DNA of 64,000 nucleotides from Hypanus sabinus (lineage: Eukaryota). Positions 63,030 to 64,000 of the stretch are shown piece after piece. The translations under genes and the position numbers were made by a program. The notes under the pieces are model-generated. The model was not told the DNA's origin, made no database searches, and was given only the letters and a program-made list of their open reading frames with translations. Numbering within the stretch: the stretch's first letter is position 1; each line of letters begins with the position of its first letter. The stretch covers positions 13,640,001 through 13,704,000 of the forward strand of contig NC_082730.1 of the NCBI RefSeq assembly GCF_030144855.1, read 5' to 3'.

Positions 63030-64000
63030 AATTTAGTTTTTTTCTCTATCATTATCCATTGCAACGTATTGCACCCATAAATTTCACAGATTTCACGACG
63101 TATGCCAATGATATTAAACCTGATTCTGATATTGGCAGTGTTATTTATTTGTTTATTTATTGTTTTATTATAATTTATTTTTGTATTTTGTGTACTTTGC
63201 CTTCTTTTGCACATTGGTTGTTTGTCCTTCTTTGTGTGTAGTTTTTCATTGATTCTATTGTGTTTCTATGTACCCACTGTGATTGTTACAGAAAAAAATT
63301 GAATCTCAAGGTTTTACACGGTGCCATAGATGTACCTTGATAATAAACTTATTTTGAACTTTCTAAAAAATTGAATAAAAACTTTAACTCCAGTCCTTTG
63401 TAAAGAGTTAGTGAGGTGTCCTTTGTTTATCTGATTGGAAGCTTCTTTTATCCAAAAAGCACGGCTGAGCATGGTGAGCTCCCTGCTGAAGTATCTTGGC
63501 CTGAAATGCTGACAGTTTACTGCCCTCTTCAGATCAGAATCAGGTTTATTATCACTGGCATGTGACATGAAATTTGTTAACTTAGCAGCAACAGTTCAAC
63601 ATAATCTATCGAAGGAAAAAATATAATAATAAATAAAATAATAATAACAAATAAACAAGTAAATCAATTACAGTATATGTATAGTGAATAGACTTTTTAA
63701 AATGTGAAAAGCAGAAATACTGTATATTTTTAAAAAAGTGAGGTAGTGTTTACGGGTTCAATGTCCACTTAGGAATCGGATGGCAGAGGGGAAGAAGCTG
63801 TTTCTGAATCACTAAGTGTGTGCCTTCAGGCTTCTGTACCTCCTACTTGATGGTAACAGTGAGACAAGGGCATGCCCTGGGTACTGGAGGTCCTTAATAA
63901 TGGACGTTGCCTTTCTGAGACACTGCTCCTTGAAGATGACCTGAGTACTTTGTAGGCTAGTACCCAAAATGGAGCTGACTAGATTTACAACCTTCTGCAG

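Overview
Eukaryotic, repeat-rich vertebrate DNA. The repeat landscape (CR1, Rex1/Babar, RTE, L1, Penelope-like and V-SINE-like repeats, Tc1, hAT) suggests a cartilaginous fish, probably a ray; this is inference only. The window is part of a minus-strand tandem cluster of CD300/pIgR-like (CMRF35-like) Ig V-domain receptor genes that the ORF track shows only in fragments. Exons were reconstructed by hand from splice signals and phases. From right to left: gene E, the 3' end of an inhibitory receptor (TM exon, 47-nt exon, terminal exon with one ITIM and two ITSM-like motifs); gene D, a leader and broken stalk exon with no V exon found; gene C, a leader-V-stalk-TM model with a CGA>TGA stop in the V exon; relic B, reduced to about 0.5 kb of intron 1; and gene A, with leader, intact V exon, a remnant of a second V exon, a stalk exon with a TAA stop and a candidate TM exon. 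The V exons of A and C point to an ancestral two-V-domain gene that collapsed to one domain by two different routes. Intron 1 of gene A holds a full-length 2.9-kb Buster/Charlie-type hAT transposon with an intact 644-aa transposase, TIRs and an 8-bp TSD; the paralogous empty site is also in the window. Other features include solo LTRs with TSDs, a two-subunit minisatellite grown from a motif that is single-copy in the paralogs, and two local sequence-capture events. Gene labels A-E are mine.
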